The notes under the pieces were generated by a model. It did no database searches. It was not told where the DNA came from and saw nothing but the letters and a program-made list of their open reading frames with translations. DNA of 35,908 nt from Priapulus caudatus (Eukaryota). Location of the stretch: positions 1 through 35,908 of the forward strand of contig NW_014577075.1 of NCBI RefSeq assembly GCF_000485595.1, given 5' to 3'. Positions 33,598 through 35,908 of the stretch are shown one piece after another. The translations under genes were made by a program, and so were the position numbers. Positions within the stretch are counted from its first letter, which is position 1. The number at the start of each line of letters is the position of its first letter.

Positions 33598-35706
33598 CTA
33601 CTGACGTGGCCTTTTGCTGGAGCGAGAGGAGGCACTGCTGGAGGAAGACGAGGAGGAAGAAGAGGACGAAGAAGAGGAGCGGCTAGAGCGGCTTCCTCCT
33701 GGTTGATAGGCATGGTTGTCCGTTCCTCTCCGATCACTCACCCTGGAGCTTAGGTAACTCGGTGCCTCTATCGCTGAAACAATAAGAGGAGAAAAACACT
33801 CTGAATGCGAATTCGTGAATCGCGAGACATGCGGCGACAACTGAAGGATCTTAGCAGCTGATGAAGATCATCTCCACGTAGATACAACGTCCTCATTCCT
33901 CAATGTCATGAAGAAATCATGCTAGTGCTGAACTGCTACTTTTCACTTCAAGGGGAATAATTTCCTTGTTATACCTGATGGTGATAGACTTACCAGGATA
34001 GACAGCAGGGGATACTTCCCATTATACCTGATGGTGATAGACTTACCAGGATAGACAGCAGGGGGGATACTTCCCATTATACCTGATGGTAATAGACTTA
34101 CCAGGATAGACAGCAGGGGGGTACCTCCCATTATACCTGATGGTGATAGACTTACCGGGATAGACAGCAGGGGGATACCTCCCATTATACCTGATGGTGA
34201 TAGACTTACCGGGATAGACAGCAGGAGGGATACTTCCCATTATACCTGATGGTGATAGACCTACCAGGATAGACAGCCGGGGGATACCTCCCGTAATACC
34301 TGATGGTGATAGACTTACCGGGATAGACAGCAGGGGGGATACCTCCCGTAATACCTGATGGTGATAGACTTACCAGGATAGACAGCAGGAGGATACTTCC
34401 CATTACACCTGATGGTGATAGACTTACCGGGATAGACAGCAGGGGGATATCTCCCTGGGTAGGCCTGGTGTTGGTACAGCGTGTCGATGTTGTACAGATT
34501 GTCGTCACCCTCGTCTTCGTAGTAGCTGGCGACGCTGCGCGCGTGCGTGGAGGGCGGCACGCTGACGATGTACGCCGGGTGACCGTAGCTGAAGTTGTCG
34601 GGAGCGCCGACATCGCGCATGCTGCCCGTCGACTTCATCGTCTCCAGCTGCATGGCCTTCTGCTTCTCCTTCCTCTCCTTCCTGTATGACCTGGAGACGA
34701 GTCACGAGAAACAAGCTTATAGCAGGGTTCATAGTAGTAAGACACATGTTGAAATAAGGACTTATAAGACCTTTTCTGGAGGCCAAAATAAGACTTTTTT
34801 ACGCGATTTCTGATAGATCGTCGACTATTAAAGTACACTAATAATATTTATATACACAATTGCACAGCAGATTTAATTATTCCGTATTATATATACAACA
34901 ATTCTTATTCTAAGTCGAGAACAGTTTATAAAACTTAGGTCCTTTGGCAAAAAATAAGGACTATTAAGTACTTTTCTAAGATTTCACCAAAAATAAGTAC
35001 TAATAAGGGCCCTTATTTTATTTTTGGTAAAATAAGTACTTATAAGACTTTGGAAGACCCGCTACGAACCCTGTATAGACATTCACGTAGGCAATCCGCG
35101 TACCTGTTTGATGAGATTGATAGGCAGGCAATATACACAATCAGTATCGCGCTAGGACATTCTAAAAACAATTCTTAGTAACGGACGTGCTGCAAAGTTA
35201 GAATTTCGACATGCACGTACACGTACAAACTGGGTGAGCTTGACCAACCCTGGTATCAAAAACGCGACAGGGCATGGTTATCTCGTTCAGCCGTATAGGG
35301 CTTCGTCAATGGTTAAACCATAGGGTTTCAGTCCTGTACCGAGACTTCAAATAATGCTTCATCTGCTTCATAACATCATTATCATCTTCACATCGTTAAT
35401 TACCATCATTATTAGCCATCATCATTCATCATCATTAGTCACTTAAGCGTCTGCACCATCGCCACGGTTACCTATAGCATATCATCCAGATGAGGAAGGC
35501 GATGATGATGATGAGGAGGACGCCGCCTACGATGCCCCCGATGATGTAGGCGGTGAGCACCTTCTTCTGTTCGACGGTCTCCTGGCAGCGCAGGCCTGAG
35601 AAGCTGCCCGTGCAGTCACAGCGAGCGGAGACGCGCGCCACGCCGGCCGTCGCGTACTGCGTCGTCGTGCAGACGCCGTCGTTAGCGCAGTAGTCCGTGC
35701 AGATGT
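33598..35706 (-). CDS. 3' portion of a single-pass membrane protein: EGF-like domain, transmembrane helix and Tyr-rich cytoplasmic tail (5' exons lie beyond the window)
   Basis: Minus-strand exons 35706-35472 (DICTDYCANDGVCTTTQYATAGVARVSARCDCTGSFSGLRCQE = six-Cys EGF, then TM AYIIGGIVGGVLLIIIIAFLIWMICY), 34690-34428 (basic stop-transfer RSYRKERKEKQK...YPPAVYP) and 33773-33598 (AIEAPSY...DNHAY...poly-Ser...KRPRQ*). Splice sites are canonical and phases consistent. Confidence 0.85.
33969..34455. repeat. Minisatellite of 9 units of 53-55 bp spanning an exon/intron junction
   Basis: Unit TATACCTGATGGTGATAGACTTACC(A/G)GGATAGACAGCAGGGGGATAC(C/T)TCCCAT; the ACTTAC motif (ACCTAC in one copy) starts at 33988, 34041, 34096, 34150, 34204, 34259, 34313, 34368 and 34422. 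Confidence 0.95.
34723..35073. mobile_element. Non-autonomous hAT-like element with 5-bp TSD
   Basis: TIR CAGGGTTCATAG ... CTACGAACCCTG; TSD TATAG at 34718-34722 and 35074-35078; internal AATAAG(G/T)ACT and TAAGAC repeats. Confidence 0.8.
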
Positions 35707-35740
35707 CTGCAGGAGCGAGAGAGAGAGAACATGTACAGTG

Positions 35741-35908
<168 letters not shown>

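Noticed and set aside
33969..34455. CRISPR-like appearance of regular repeats
   Set aside because: Units are contiguous with no unique spacers, there are no cas genes and the context is eukaryotic.

Overview
Intron-rich animal (probably marine invertebrate) genomic window with three spliced protein-coding genes, reconstructed by hand from GT-AG sites and frame continuity. (1) A complete 13-exon CatSper2 sperm Ca2+ channel subunit (+, 4289-12856, 530 aa). (2) A complete SON homologue, the nuclear-speckle splicing cofactor with RS, G-patch and dsRBM domains (+, 18585-29764, about 1044 aa). (3) The last three coding exons of a convergent single-pass EGF-domain membrane protein (-, 33598-35706). 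Introns and intergenic DNA carry many non-autonomous transposons: four hAT-like elements that all show 5-bp target-site duplications, Kolobok-like TTAA elements, Helentron-associated elements, a MetaSINE and a Mutator-like MITE. The most unusual observations are a candidate 9-nt microexon inside the SON dsRBM, a minisatellite that multiplies a 5' splice site nine times, and the recurring 5-bp-TSD transposon class, one copy of which keeps a spliced ORF. The first ~3.2 kb is degenerate GTGC-type low-complexity sequence whose ORFs appear spurious, and there is a 25-N gap at 13470-13494. Protein and element family assignments rest on recalled sequences, not database searches.
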